The position numbers and the translations under genes are program-made. 64,000 bases of DNA from Antedon mediterranea. Taxonomy: Eukaryota; Animalia; Echinodermata. Shown here piece by piece: positions 1 through 13,159 of the stretch (positions are counted from its first letter, which is position 1; each line of letters begins with the position of its first letter). Under the pieces are notes generated by a model. The model was not told where the DNA came from and searched no databases. It saw only the letters and a program-made list of their open reading frames with translations. The DNA lies in contig NC_092678.1 of the NCBI RefSeq assembly GCF_964355755.1, positions 23,205,365-23,269,364 of the forward strand, given 5' to 3'.

Positions 1-110
1 GCCTGCAACTCATCTAACTTCCCTATAGAGAAATCAAAATCCTTATCAATTATCATTCTCATAAAAACAAAATAAAATAACAATTCGTCATAGTATTAAG
101 ATAGATATGT

Positions 111-275
111 AGTGGAGTTGTAGCTTAGTGGTTAACATGCTTCCTTCCAATCCCAAGGTCAAGGGTTCAATCCTGACCTAGTCCCAGGTTGTAACTCATG
201 CCTCTTTCAACTACACTCCATAAACTTCAAATGAGACTTAGTTTATAAGCATGATAAACGATAAAATAGTTTATC
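111..275 (+). mobile_element. tRNA-derived SINE-like repeat
   Basis: A-box-like tagcttagtggttaa and B-box-like gggttcaatcc. A second diverged copy lies inverted at about 15360-15530. Confidence 0.65.
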
Positions 276-307
276 AATCAATATAGAAATAAAAATATAA
301 ATACTAC

Positions 308-3300
308 CTTCTTTTCTAAGTCTTCTTTCTTCCAGTTTCAACTTCATCAATCGTTTTTGTCTTTCTTGTTCACTCAGCTTTGCCCATTCACCCTCTCCGG
401 CTTGTTTCTTCAAGCTCTCCAACAACAGCTTGTCTCTCAGTGTATCATATTTTTTATCTAAGGCCTGATAAATAAAACAAAAATAAACAACTTTGATGAT
501 TTAACAGTTGGGAATAATACTTCCATTATTGTAGTCCTATGCCAAATGACAAAAAAAATTTGTTTTGTTTATATATTTAGGAAAATTTCCAAGGATAACC
601 ATAAGCAAATTTATTTACTATCCTTCGTAACAGCGGCAGTTCACAAGACAAACAAATATACAAGATTCTCATTACAATTCTTTGGAGTTCTGATATGGCA
701 GGACTTGAACCCAGGATTGGTAGCCAAGCATCATAACCACCAAGCCACTAATTTACTGTCATACCTTTAGAAGTTCATCTTCATCGCCAATTCCTTCATA
801 TTCAGTAAATACCGCAAGAATGTTATGCCCAACATGGTGTTTCCTTTTCGTTATCTCTTCATATCGAAGACGAGACATCTCTTCTTCATTCTAAAACGAA
901 AAATTATTAGATTGATTACGCCAACTCAGACAGCCTGACGAGTCAAGACATTTAGTTTGAGTTGAATCTTGAGAAGAAGAAGCATCGTACTGTAGAGATC
1001 GTAACGTAGTTTTTAGGTCATCGCAAGAACTTTAAACATTCAGTTTAATTTTCTCTCGAAGACTCACCGGGAGTTTATTGTACGATGCTGTCTGAGTTGG
1101 CCTTTATACATTTATTTGGTAAAGAAAAAAAATGTGTTAATAGAGTACATAAAATTGTGTTTCATTTTTTCAAATTTGTCTACATACCATGTTTTCAAGA
1201 CGTTGGATAATCTTCTCACTTTCTCTATCTTGCCTCTCTTGAAGATCGGCTAAGAGCGTAGTTACGACATAGTCAAGGGTAACTTCCTCTTCTTGTTTTT
1301 TGTCCTCTAGAATGCGGGTACGGACAACTGTTTTTATGGCACCAGATTCATCTAGAATCATTCGGTTTTCTTCAATATCATCTGTACATTCATAAAAAGA
1401 AAAAGTTCTTTAGGTTTTAGTATGGCATACTGTTTTCAGAATAGAATATTTGTATACAGGGCTGTGTAATGAAAAAACAGATCTAATAGAATCATTTTAG
1501 TCATAATAAAAAATTTAAAAAAATAGAAAACAATTTTTTTTGTTTTGCTGACATTGCTTAGTCATAATATATACATTTTTAAACAGAGCTTTTTTTTTGG
1601 TGACATTTTTTTAAAGCAAAAAAGTAATTATGACCCTTGACCTCACCTTTTGTATAAATATCAAGTTCGTCTGCCTCTGTTTTCAGTTCTTGTAGTCTTG
1701 TCTGTTGCTCATTTACATTCATTTGAGTGGCAGCTTCTCGTAGCTCTTCACTGCCCTCGTCCATAACGACAGTGATGAGTAACTCATGCTCTGTGCGATG
1801 TTTTCTCTCCACCTCTTTCATAACAGATTCCTTCCATCCAACAATATCGCCTTTAAAAAAAAATTTAATGAATTTGTTGAAGTAAGACGCAGCAAGAACA
1901 ATATAAATCTATATAAGGAACAATACCATTTTTTAAAGAGAAAAAATTGATGCGTTTTGGACAGACAGTAAAACTGACAAACCTTTTTCTGGTAGAGCTT
2001 TTTCTTCTACTTCTTGTTCCATTTCTTGTCCGTTATTTTGCCGTTTTTTACGTGCTTCTAACCTTTCCCGTGCTAGCCTCAACTGTCTTTCGCGATCCAT
2101 TCTCAATCTGCCCGAATAAAACAAAACGCACATTAAATCATAACCAGCTCATATGAAAATGGCCAGATTCCACAGGCAAACTTTAAAAAAACTATTTAGA
2201 AGCATGAGGAAATTATTATCCTATTATAATTTCTTACTTTTCTTCAAGTGACATCTTATTTCTCTCAGCTAGGCCTAGCAATAGAGCAGCCTCATCAAAA
2301 TTGTCCTCCTTCTCAGCCCTTCTCTTCTCTCTCCTGAGCCTCAGAAGTAACGCCTGGCGTTCCTGCTCACTCATATACTGGCCATGCTGGCCTCGTAGCA
2401 GCTTCATCATTGCTTCTAGTTCATCATCAAATCGCAGTTGAATGTCTTTCATAATGTTACCAGACGTCTTGTTCTCATTCAATTCAAATTCTATAAAAAC
2501 AAAGAAGTAATTGAATTTGTAATATAATGTGTGTCATTTAAATTCAACACAAATCAATACATGCAAAAATTAAATAAATCAACTCAAATTTGATAAAATT
2601 AATTTCCATACCCTCGTCTTCATCGTCTGTGTCCAGACCTTGAGCTTCCCTCTTTTGTTTATTCATCAGACGTTCTTTCAATTTCTTCTCATACTCTTCT
2701 CTGTTTCTTCCCATAAGGGAAAGTAGATTTTTCTCTCTCTAAAAAATTAAAAACATTTTTAATGATTTCTCATAGAATATAACATAAGTGTGATTTCACA
2801 TAGCAAATAGAGGGCAGTATTTCATTTACATCTGCAATCAGGAGTTAAGCTCTGTCTACACAATCAAACTTTATGTGACAACAAAATGTGATGTGCCCAT
2901 GTATTAACATGATGATGTCATATCACTACCATATTTTGGCACACTTTTTTTTCAAACAAGTTTGATAGTATAGACAGAGCTTTAGGGGGTTTGGGGTAAA
3001 CTTCACAGAATGCCATAGCTTACATTTCCAGCATCTCCAATGAGGCGACTGAGCTCGTCCATTTTTCCATCCTGTCGCAATCGTCTTTCTTCCAACCTTT
3101 TCTTCATCAGAAGTCTCTGTTGCTCTTCCTCTGTCTTCTTGTTCCATTCTGCCTCACCAAACTGGTTCATCAAGGATTCCACCAGTAACTTATCTCTATT
3201 AACACAAGAAAAAATACAAATGAACAAAAAGTTTCTCAGGTCAAAGGTTACCAATCTTTCTATATGAATACTTTATATTCTAGTTACCTTAGAACATCAT

Positions 3301-6300
3301 ATTTCTGCTCCAGCGCTTCGATGAGTTCTTTCTCTTCAGCTGTCAACTCAAAGCTACCGAGGATCACCATGGAAACATTGTCCAACCACTCCTCAATACG
3401 AGACTTAGCTTCTTTCTTAATTAAGTCTTGGAGCTCATATGAATCCTGAAATTCAATGAAGATTAAAGAACATTTTTTGGATTACAAATGGACTTGTTTA
3501 TGAAATGGCAACAGAAGTTATCTTGGTTAAAAAAAGGTGCAAACACCTTTAAAAGCTCTGTCTACACTATCAAACTAGTTTGACAAAAAAAGTGTGATGT
3601 GCCCAAATATGGTAGTGATATGCTTAAATATGGTAGTGATATGACATCATCATGTCCAGTGTAGATGGAGTTTAAATGAAAATATGAAAGCATACCTTGT
3701 TGTGCATCTCCATAATCATAGCATGGATCTCAGTACATTGCTGTTGTTGTAGGTCAGCCAGAACTACAGCAGCAAGGTGAAGGTCATCAAGGTTATGACC
3801 TTTGACTTCTTCACGTCTAAAAATAGAAGTAAAAAAATGTTGATATAACATGTGAAAGTTCTTGGAGATTTCATGAGTCAAAATACAGCAATGAATCCTC
3901 ATAAATTATATCTGTCTACACTATTTAACTTTTTGTGACAAAACAATGTGATGTGCCCAAATATGGACAAGATGATGTCATATCACTACCATATTTGGGC
4001 ACATCAATACCATATTTGGGCACATCAAACTAGTTTGATAGTGTAAACAGAGTTTAAGATTTCATACAGAAATTCAGATTCTTTTGCTTCAACGATCAAA
4101 AACAGAATTTAAATGGCGTCAACTCGTTGATAAAATTAATACATTCCCAAGATCAAATTTCTTTACCTGTTCTCAAAGTATAGACCAACGCCTTCCTGTA
4201 GAATCTTCATATGAACTGAACGTTTTGAGACTCGATACTCTGACGAGCCTTTCCTCCAATTCTCCCTCTGGCCACGAAACTCCTTTAAGCAAGAGTCTCT
4301 GACATCTTTGTTTTTGTTGCGTGCACTTGCTTTTGCATACTGCGCTTCTTTATTTTGCAGAAGGAAGATAAGTATCTAGATGAAGGAAATTGTTGTTAAT
4401 ATATCGTTATATGTTTTTATAATCAGAAATAAGGTTAGTAGTTTATGGTAGCCATGTTGTGATAGTTCTTCTACCATCAACTGATTTCTAAATCTGTGCG
4501 CCTTAAGTACTCTTGAGTGGTATGTGCACAATAGATAGAAATCTAAATATAATAGCAATGCATATTATAGTGCATTGTGTTATAGCCTGACTCATCACCA
4601 TAGTGAGTTCACATCTAATTGTTTTCATACCTCTCTTTCCACAAAGTGTTTTTTAGCCATCTCGTTCAAGAGGTCAACTTGGAGATTGACCAGTCCTTTA
4701 TTTTCATTTTCATACCAGTCTACTGAAAGCCGTTTTATTTTTTTGCCCTTCCGTTGAGTGAGTCTTTGAAGGGCTAGCATCTCTTGTAAGTCTCTATCAT
4801 AGTCAAAGCTGTGTAAAACAAAATGAGATTAATAGAAATGTTATTTGATACTTTTCCCAATGATTTGGACTGAAGAGGAAGAGAAAAGGAAAGATAAATG
4901 GAAGTTGGGAGGAAGGGAAGTGGAGGAAAGGAAGAGGATACAACGAAGAAATAAATAAATAAGAAAGAAAGAGAAGAGGAATGGAAGTAGGAGGGAGGAA
5001 GAGAAGAGGAATGGAAGAGACGTGGGGGAAAAAGAAGAAGAATAGGCGAAGAGAAAGAAGAAAAGAGGAAGAGAACAAGAAATATCAGAATAGTTGAAAG
5101 TCAAAATGATTACTTTGAAGCCTTGAATTCCTGTGGTCTTTCACAAAGTCCAACAGTTATGGCACTGTACTGAAAGGCTTCCTCTAATGCTGCCATGTAG
5201 ACCTGCAACATGATGTGTGCATATGTGGTGATCATCTCCTTCGATGTCAATGTCTGGTTGCCACTGCCTTCCTTAAGGACCGAGAGTAAGTATTCCTTCT
5301 CATGCTGGTAGCGCTTATGAAGATCAACCAGTAAATGACCTCCAGTTGTTTCTCCTGATAGATACAACGGAAATATGGTGAGATAAAAATGTTTAAGAAC
5401 TAATGCATTGCAACATAGTATAATAATCAAAGCTCTGTCTACTAACAGATTTTATGTGTTAGTAGACAGAGCTTGCTTTATTATATAAAAAAAAAAACAC
5501 AGATTTTATGTGACAAAAAATGTGATGTCATATCACTAACATATTTAGGCATATCACTACCATATTTAGAAAAATCACATTTTTTTGTCAAACTAGTTTG
5601 ATAGTGTAGACTGAGCTTAAAGCTTTGTTCTCACTTGGATGTAACGCAAGTAAGTTAACCAATCACAAGCGATGGATTATTCAAACAGTCATGGATACTG
5701 TGTTGCTCTTGTGTGTATGCGTTGCATACTAGTGGGAACCAAGATTTAGATCTATAACACATAGTACCTTGAATGGATTCAGCGTATTTGTTAGCAAACA
5801 AAATATAAATCTCCTCATCTGTTCTTCCATCAGCTTGCAAGAGTGATGCCGTCTGCTTCTGGTCTTCTAAGTACAACGCATGCTTGTCCTGGCTGTAGCC
5901 AATCACAGCCTCTAATTTAGATGGGTATGTGTGTGAAGCAATATCTAGGCCTAGAATCTTGTCTGCTGTACCTTGACGCATGTACTCATTGACTCTCAGT
6001 TGAACTTGAAGCAATCGTTCCTCGTGCTCGCTCTCTGTCATGGTAGACCAAAGCACCTCACCAGTTTGTTTTCGTATCAGCTCATAAAGAAGCTTTTCTT
6101 TCAGGCTGTTATACTTCATGTCGATGGCTTGCATCATCTCCGTTACAGACACACGGTTGCGGTAGTTCTGATTGATGTCATCCCAATCCATGCCATCATC
6201 AAAGAGCATCGCCTCAAGACCCAGATGGTTCCATCTGAAGCATAGCAACAAAAATTAAATTTGTTTTCGTAGTATTTTACAGTAATTTTGACTTAAAAAC

Positions 6301-7614
6301 TACCTACTTTTATAGGAAGAGTTTGGTAGCCGAGTGGTTAGGACACTCAACTGTCATAACTTCCAGTCTAATCAGCTGTAATGAGTACCTGGTTGAAAAT
6401 GCTAGGGAGGATAAGGCAGCGTGGAAAGGAACTGGCCACCCAACCACATAGTTCAGTAAAACTTTATTAATTTGTTTGGTTGTGGTATACAAAGATATAC
6501 GTTAACAAAGAACACAAAAATACAAGCACAATAATCAAAATCTAAAATATGATGCCAATCATTCCTCTACGTTCAGAATATGAAAGTGGGACTGAAGCTG
6601 AAGCTCTCTCTACACTATCAAACTAGTTGATAAATATATGGTAGTAATATGCCCAAATATGGTACAGTAGTGATATGCACAAATATGGTACAGTAGTGAT
6701 ATGCACAAATATGGTAGTGATATGCCCAAATATAGTAGCGATATGATATCATCATGTTCATGGGCACATATTTTGGTCACATAAACTTTGATAGTGTAGA
6801 TAGAGCTTTAAACCAGTGTTTGATCTACTCACCTTTGAAGTTTTCTCCTAGCTCCTTGTCTAAACTTGTCCCTGTAGTCTTGCTTCTCACGTGCCTGCAG
6901 GGATCGTATCTGTTCATCTTGTTCTTGCACTTTCAAAAACTCCTTGTGATTCTCAAATTCTTTTTCAATCTTCTGGCTTTCAAGTTTGTTACACTCTGTA
7001 AGAACGATCGAATCCTGACACGGTGGTCCATCCGGTACAGCACACAGGAACATGCGAACCTCGTCAAAACAAATATCGTCTTTGGTAGATTCACGATTCT
7101 CTATGAATTTATTCCAAGTGTTCATTGAAAACTTTTCCTGGTGAGTAGCTAAAATGAAAATATTATAAGGGTAAAAAAGAAGGAATGAAAAATTAAAAAA
7201 AGATAAAATTACAGAAGGGCTGTTTAGTATTCTATTCTGGTCTCAACTGGTCTCAACTGGAATTTTCACCTGGGCTAGCCCTGAACATGGATAAGTACCT
7301 TTAAAGAGAAACAGCGTATCCTTGATAGAAATGACGTCACATCCATCTCTGTCAAGAGCTTTGAAATCCCACAATGCTTGATTTTCTACAGTCCTACGAC
7401 GCTCCAGCTCGAGTAGAACAGGAAGGAAGTGTTCCCGTGTACACAAGCCTCCCGACATTGGCCCACAAACGGATTTGATGGCTGGGTGAATGTGCTGCGG
7501 GAATATTGGTGAACGATGGATGGTCTCATCAAATCGTTGAACATCTTCAGCTGTGATGTAACCATTTTGGGATGTGTCAAGGAGATCAAAGAATTTTAAT
7601 GCTTCTTGAGACAT
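308..7614 (-). CDS. 5' part of a large multi-exon gene: N-terminal EF-hand pair followed by long Glu/Arg/Lys-rich helical repeats (trichohyalin-like, uncharacterised); continues beyond window start
   Basis: ATG at 7614. First coding exon 7299-7614 has EF-hand loops DTSQNGYITAED and DRDGCDVISIKD. Further exon-like ORF segments with GT/AG ends at about 6833-7147, 5768-6234, 5113-5355, 3755-3817, 3288-3445, 3023-3195, 2611-2738, 2237-2490, 1976-2107, 1646-1850, 1188-1382, 765-890 and 308-464. Inner boundaries approximate. Confidence 0.8.
920..1101. mobile_element. MITE with 15-bp terminal inverted repeats
   Basis: gccaactcagacagc (920-934) and gctgtctgagttggc (1087-1101) are exact reverse complements; non-coding and intronic. 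Confidence 0.6.
2848..2981. mobile_element. Representative copy of an abundant MITE family (TIR agctctgtctacactatcaaac; probably PIF/Harbinger type)
   Basis: TIRs agctctgtctacac...gtatagacagagct flanked by tta on both sides; internal 21-bp unit like ccatatttgggcatatcacta. Other full or partial copies start near 3554, 3908, 5431/5500, 6602, 14789, 17064, 18026, 22146, 22957, 27906, 33186, 35356, 38093, 38798, 40918, 42525, 54070, 57186, 58018, 58494 and 59329. Confidence 0.85.
6319..6450 (+). mobile_element. Degenerate tRNA-headed SINE fragment
   Basis: A-box-like ggtagccgagtggttagg followed by a SINE-like body (tcagctgtaatgagtacctgg...gggaggataaggcagcg). Confidence 0.4.
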
Positions 7615-8094
7615 GGTTTACTAGGCTACCTGGTATTAGACAGCTAGCTGCACCTAAATCAATTCAAAGAAAATATTCAACAAAGATTAATTAAGGAAAA
7701 ATACACTTTGCATGTCACATTTGCCATTCGGTTAATTGGATTTTTTAATATGATAAACATTTGTCCTTGGTGGCGCACCATAATTTTGAGCGTTCCATAC
7801 CCAGGGGCTAATGTCTAGCCTCCTGTCGTCTGCTAACTGACAGATCTCCTTCTTTCTACCTAGCTAGCTAGCCTAGCTAGGACTAGGCCTAGCTAGGCCT
7901 AGGCCTACTAGGCTACAAAGAGTAGTTATTCTACTGCCATGGGTAATTCACCCACTAAAACTAACTTAATTGATGTCTAAGCCTACTCATATTAAAAACA
8001 ATAGATAAATCAGTGTACCATTATCATCAAGAAAACAGAAATAACTGCAGTTTCCAATCAATGATTCCAACTTTATTATTTATTTTGATTGTGC

Positions 8095-8145
8095 GGTGGT
8101 GTGACGTCATCGCACCAAGGAAACGTCAAATAGAGGGCAGCAAAC
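8095..8145. promoter_or_regulatory. Bidirectional promoter core with a perfect CRE (TGACGTCA) and a TAGAGGGCAGCA motif
   Basis: tgacgtca at 8102-8109 and tagagggcagca at 8131-8142, between the divergent ATGs at 7614 (-) and 8175 (+). Confidence 0.5.
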
Positions 8146-8174
8146 TCAAAATACTTGAGGTCGAGAATTAAAAA

Positions 8175-8990
8175 ATGGAAACAGCAATTCGAGAAATGAT
8201 AGGAAAATATTTTGGAAAACATGCCAAAAGGTCGTGGAAATCCATAACTTCAGATTTTCTGTACGTGCTCAGTGGTGTAAAAAATGGGTTTTTATTTGAT
8301 TATGGTATAACTGATGAGGATAAAATAATGTGTTTCTTAAAGGACTTCACCGAATTGTTAGGAGTCGATACTACCGCTGGTGATGAAGGCCTTTTTGTTA
8401 CTCAAGTTCATGAAAATATTTTTGTTATTAATGCGAAAATAACTGTACCATTCCTCACGAATTTTTTAGAAAAGAGCAATTCTACATGTATTGATGTCTC
8501 TGGTAAACTAGACTCCCCAATTATCTGCAAAGAAGATGTTTTTCTCGATATAAAATCGAATATAAAATCATCAGTGAAAATTTTGGATTTAAAAACTGAG
8601 GCAGAAACCAGTCAAGCGTGTAATGAAAACAAATACAAGATCTTGAAACTTGATGTTACCCCAACTTGCAATGTATCAACTCTTTTTGGTATTTTGATCG
8701 GTTATCCTGTTATTTATTGGTATAATGCTTCAGATATTGATAACTGCCTTGGAATGGTTCCTCTGCGGGTATATACGGTCAAATGCAATGTCCAGATCGA
8801 AGGCATTTTTAATGAAGAATTTACTATGTACTCGTTCAGCGTACCGGACTCATTGACATCACGTTTCGATGGAAATATTACGAAATGGTTTAGCGATTTG
8901 GAATCAAGAGTGGAAAAACTTGACCACTCGTGGATTACAGAATTAAAACTGTGTTCAAAAGTTGTCACACTACCCGCAGTGGCTTTATAA
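8175..8990 (+). CDS. C1orf74: UPF0739 protein C1orf74 homolog (DUF4504), intronless CDS, 271 aa
   Basis: Recognised motifs VLSGVKNGFLFDY, NVSTLFGILIGYPVIYW, NCLGMVPLRVY, YSFSVP and C-terminal VTLPAVAL; size typical of the family. Confidence 0.85.
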   Translation: METAIREMIGKYFGKHAKRSWKSITSDFLYVLSGVKNGFLFDYGITDEDKIMCFLKDFTELLGVDTTAGDEGLFVTQVHENIFVINAKITVPFLTNFLEKSNSTCIDVSGKLDSPIICKEDVFLDIKSNIKSSVKILDLKTEAETSQACNENKYKILKLDVTPTCNVSTLFGILIGYPVIYWYNASDIDNCLGMVPLRVYTVKCNVQIEGIFNEEFTMYSFSVPDSLTSRFDGNITKWFSDLESRVEKLDHSWITELKLCSKVVTLPAVAL

Positions 8991-9454
8991 TTTAAATCGT
9001 CAATCACATTTTTAAAGAGGCATATTGTTTTAGTTTGCTAAAAACCTTTGTGCTAAATCTAAATAAACAAAAGTAAATCAAGACATATTGTTTCATTGAT
9101 ATATAACTGAAATATTTTAATTTATAAATTAATTACCTCAATTTGTTTCTAGGAACATAGATAAGTACAAAGAAATTTAAGTAAGATCAGCTAATAAGAT
9201 GGATGACCTTTCACCCTTCAATTCTCTAGTATTAAAGATTCAGAAGTCAGCATTTTTGATTCCCAATTTATGTACAGTATTTGTACAACAGCTACACTAT
9301 TCATTGTAGGCCTATATAATTCTCATATACATCTCATGCGAGCATATGAAACTTGTGTAAAAATAAAATGAATTTTTAGGACTAAAAGCATTCTATAAGA
9401 TGGAGGTAGACATAGGTTTATAGCTCCATGCTATAAAGAATATAAAATACTGTA

Positions 9455-9780
9455 TTTGCCCTAATATAATCCCATGAGATATTGGCAAGAAAAATCATTT
9501 ATTTTACTTGGATTTACTTTGGATCTTTGTTGGTGTTAAATTATTATCTGTGACAAGCAAGGCAACTTTAAAGTCATTTTATGTCTTGCAACAAACAAAT
9601 AAAATAAATTTGTTACTGACGACATAAGTGGCTGACATTTTAAAAAATAAAATAGCCCATGGGACTATATTTGGATCAAGCATTGTGTCAGCAAATTGAG
9701 CATAAATCATTACAATTTATGCTCAATTACCAAATATGAGTGGGGCTACTTTCAAACATGGGATTATATTTGGGTCAAAA
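9455..9780. mobile_element. Degenerate MITE-like inverted-repeat element between the convergent C1orf74 and MANF 3' ends
   Basis: tttgccctaatataatcccatg versus catgggattatatttgggtcaaa form imperfect TIRs, with internal sub-repeats. Confidence 0.4.
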
Positions 9781-9893
9781 ACATCATTTAAATTTAAGAA
9801 CCTTGAAAAAAAGCAAAAATAGTAAACCAAATATGGTATAAAATTAAATAATTTCCCAACATTTATACAATGAAAACTAAAGCGTGGAATTTC

Positions 9894-11054
9894 TCATAAC
9901 TCTTGCTTCTTGAAGTGTGTAGGTTTAAGTTTCTCTATTAACTTGATAAAGTCTGATTTCTCTGTGCACGCTTTACATGTCTCGCCCCAGTCACTAAGAA
10001 TCTTCTTTAAGTCTTTTACTTTTAGTTTCTTTAGGTCAACAGCATCCAAATCTATTTGCTTTTCTGTTAAAAAAAAGGAACAAAAACCACATTTTATCAA
10101 TCTACAATTTCACACACAATATCAATCTTAAAATGTTTGAAAAATATTTTTATTATGGAAAAACCAATTATTATTAATAATTATAAACTAATGTATGTAT
10201 ATATATATATTATTATACGTATCAAATACTCACCATATTTAAGTTGACATATTTGACCGTCTTTTTTCTTTAATTTCTCACATATTTTTTCGGGAGGCAT
10301 AAACGATTTTAATGGTTTAGAAATTTCACCAAGCAATCCCGTGGCTGCATCTTCAGTTCCGCCGACATAATAACACTACAAATATCAACATGTACAATAA
10401 TATTTAAGTAAGATAAGAAAACATGTACTCAACAGTTTGATAGGCTAGATCGTCGCAAGTCTTGTCAATTAATTATTATTGCGACTCGAACTACAGTAAA
10501 AGTAAGCATAGCCTAGTTAAACAAACAATAATTTTTTTTTTTAATTTATGTGTACCAAACCCAAGTGTAACCTTGGGGGAAATCCCTGTACTTACAAATC
10601 TGTTTTCTCTATTTTTTGCTTTCTTGCATAATTTCCTTATTGCATCTTCAATTTTGGCTGGACTTTTCCTTTCATCAGCTGACAATTTTTTATCAATTTG
10701 TTTAATTACACTAATACATACTGAAAACAAAGAAAAAACAAAGAATAAACAAACGTAAATAAACATTTAAAAAAAAACATAATAAATATAAACTTGGCCT
10801 AGGACTATCTGATTATGAATGAGTTTGATCATACGTCAAGCTAGGCCACCATCGTTACAAACTTCCTTCATACTGACTGGCAAACAAACAGAAGAAACCG
10901 CTACCTAACCGGTGTTTCAAGTTTCAACACCAGCCGGCAAAACATAAAATTATCACTAACCTTCGCAATCACCCTCTTGTAATTTTGCTTGGACTACACA
11001 TATAGCAGACAAACATACGGTCAGTAAGACCGTTATAGATACCCACGCTTTCAT
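9894..11054 (-). CDS. MANF: Mesencephalic astrocyte-derived neurotrophic factor homolog (MANF/ARMET), 4 exons
   Basis: Exons 10961-11054, 10596-10720, 10234-10375 and 9894-10063 splice in frame. Signal peptide [23 protein letters not shown]; saposin-like DCEVCI...[16 protein letters not shown]...[17 protein letters not shown]; SAP domain [29 protein letters not shown]; KDEL-like end KQEL. Confidence 0.95.
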
Positions 11055-11192
11055 TTTGAATTATTAAAAATAACTGGAATGTTAACTTTTCTTAAATACA
11101 AATGTTATTCTTATCTCTACGTGTACGTTTCCTAGGCCTACCGTACATGCACGACACGACGAAGTACGCGTGTACAAATTATTAAAAGTACA

Positions 11193-11211
11193 GTTGGCTG
11201 AATTTGATTGG
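11193..11211 (-). promoter_or_regulatory. ERSE-like ER-stress response element upstream of MANF
   Basis: Minus strand reads CCAAT-caaattcag-CCAAC, i.e. CCAAT-N9-CCAAC, about 140 bp upstream of the MANF ATG. Confidence 0.45.
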
Positions 11212-12029
11212 ACGACCGAAAGCCCAAGTGCAATACCGCCCTCTATAGCGTGCACACTTCTCTGTACTTTCCACTTAAAAATTACAGTAATTGTAATTAC
11301 AGTAATTGTAATTACAGTAATTGTAATAAAATGATAGAAATAATAAATAAAATGGCTCCACATTACAGCTTCAAGAACTATAGGATAATTATTTAACAAG
11401 ATATTTACGATAATAATTCAGAAAGACTCAGAATCCAGGAAGGCATTAAATATTTGCATTACAAATATAACCGAAATATCATTCTTGTCCATTTATTTTT
11501 ATATTTGCACATACAATCATTATTACAAAATATTTTTAAGAACTATATATATAATCATTGTAATTTTAAAATAATTCACAATAAATAAAATACACCAGTT
11601 TTCATTTTGCAGAAGATGTGTAATAACACAACTGCTAATAGAAACTAGTGTACTAGTTTTGATTGTGGTCAAATGTGGATACCTCTATTAAGGGGACTTT
11701 GTTGGGTACCAAATGTGTCCCCTTAATAGGGGTTCAACTGTATTCAAATCAAGGATGCATCATTTTCTAAAATAAACAAAATTGAATGTTTCAATAACCT
11801 TTTCCTATGGGAAATATTTGAAGTATAATCAAATGTATCTATACAAGTAAAAGTGACTGTTTACAGTTCTTAATCTTACAATTTTTAAAACTAAAAATAT
11901 ATTCCGATATATACAATATATTCATCACATTGTAAAGCATATCGTAACTCATAGTTATAAGATCAAAGGTTACATGCAAATGGTCAAAGGTTACAAGAAG
12001 TAAAATATTTAACTATTATTTTTGTTTTT

Positions 12030-12235
12030 ATTTATTATTTTAAGTAGTAAATTGTATTAGTTTAAATGTATGTGTATTGTTTCTGGGGTCTTTCTCGAGA
12101 CAAGAAACTTGATTTCTTCTAGAGAAGACCCCAAATGATGGCTTATTACCTTGTTTCATTTACACACCTATACACTGTTAAAAAATATGTTTAACAAATA
12201 AATGTTTTTTTTGAATTTTGAATTTGAATTTGAAT
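12030..12235 (+). mobile_element. Probable LINE 3'-end remnant (stem-loop plus (TTTGAA)n tail)
   Basis: Imperfect hairpin ggggtctt...aagacccc (about 12084-12132), then aataaa and ttttgaatttgaatttgaa. A similar hairpin plus (AAT)n tail occurs at about 17528-17655. Confidence 0.4.
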
Positions 12236-13159
12236 AGATAAGAGTTACTATATAATACCATAACAGTTTGGTACACAAAGATTGGATTTATTTCATTATT
12301 TGTTTTTAAAAACAGTTACTGTATATATTAAACTTATATAATATAAATTGTTCCAACTTATGATAGGTACATGGATTAATCATACATTATTTACAGCCTT
12401 ATTTACATTTAAGTACTTGTTTTAGTAAATTTACTTCGCTATGTTTTTTATTAATCTAAAAACACAAATGTAACATTATAAAATATTAAAATTTAAATGA
12501 AAACATAAAGAAAAAGTGCATATTAATATTATGCAAAACATTTATCTGGACCTGTTCCATTTTCTTTTGAGGGGTATGTCATATGTTTGTCAATAACAAA
12601 TAGACTTGTTATTCTTATTCTAATACTGTCCAAACTAATCATTGTATTTTGTACTTTGAAACTTGCTATCTGTAGTAACTTTTATTTACATTGAGAGTCT
12701 GCTTATGCGATAAGAATCAACTATTAGTATTATTAACATTACATATACTGTATATATTATACTATAACAGTGGATTTAGATAAAAACAGTAAATTTATAA
12801 TCGACTGCCAATCCAATGATGTAGCGCTAGCACACCAATAATAAAAAGTAACGAAAACCCCAGCATATACAAACTATAGCTATTAATAATAAATTTATTC
12901 AAAAAAGTGTGGAATTATGTCAAGTAAGTTGATATATGATTGAAAATGTTTATTTGGTTTGAAGACACATTATTTTTAAATTCTATTTTGACAAACTAGA
13001 ATTTTAAAATAAATTGGTATATTATTATTTTAATATTATTTTTGCCTTTTTCAAATCTAAATTGAATTTTGGATGGCTATAGCTGACCTGTATCTGAGGT
13101 TGAATCATATGCTACAACCAACCAAATTACCTGTACTCTTCTGGTAGATTTATTGGAGA

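Noticed and set aside
111-190. Possible tRNA gene
   Set aside because: A and B boxes are present but there is no clean acceptor stem, and the sequence continues into a body repeated at 15360-15530, so it is a SINE head.
4803-5104. Phe/Leu/Ser-rich ORFs (also the Lys-rich ORF 34585-34770)
   Set aside because: Low-complexity purine/pyrimidine tracts inside introns.
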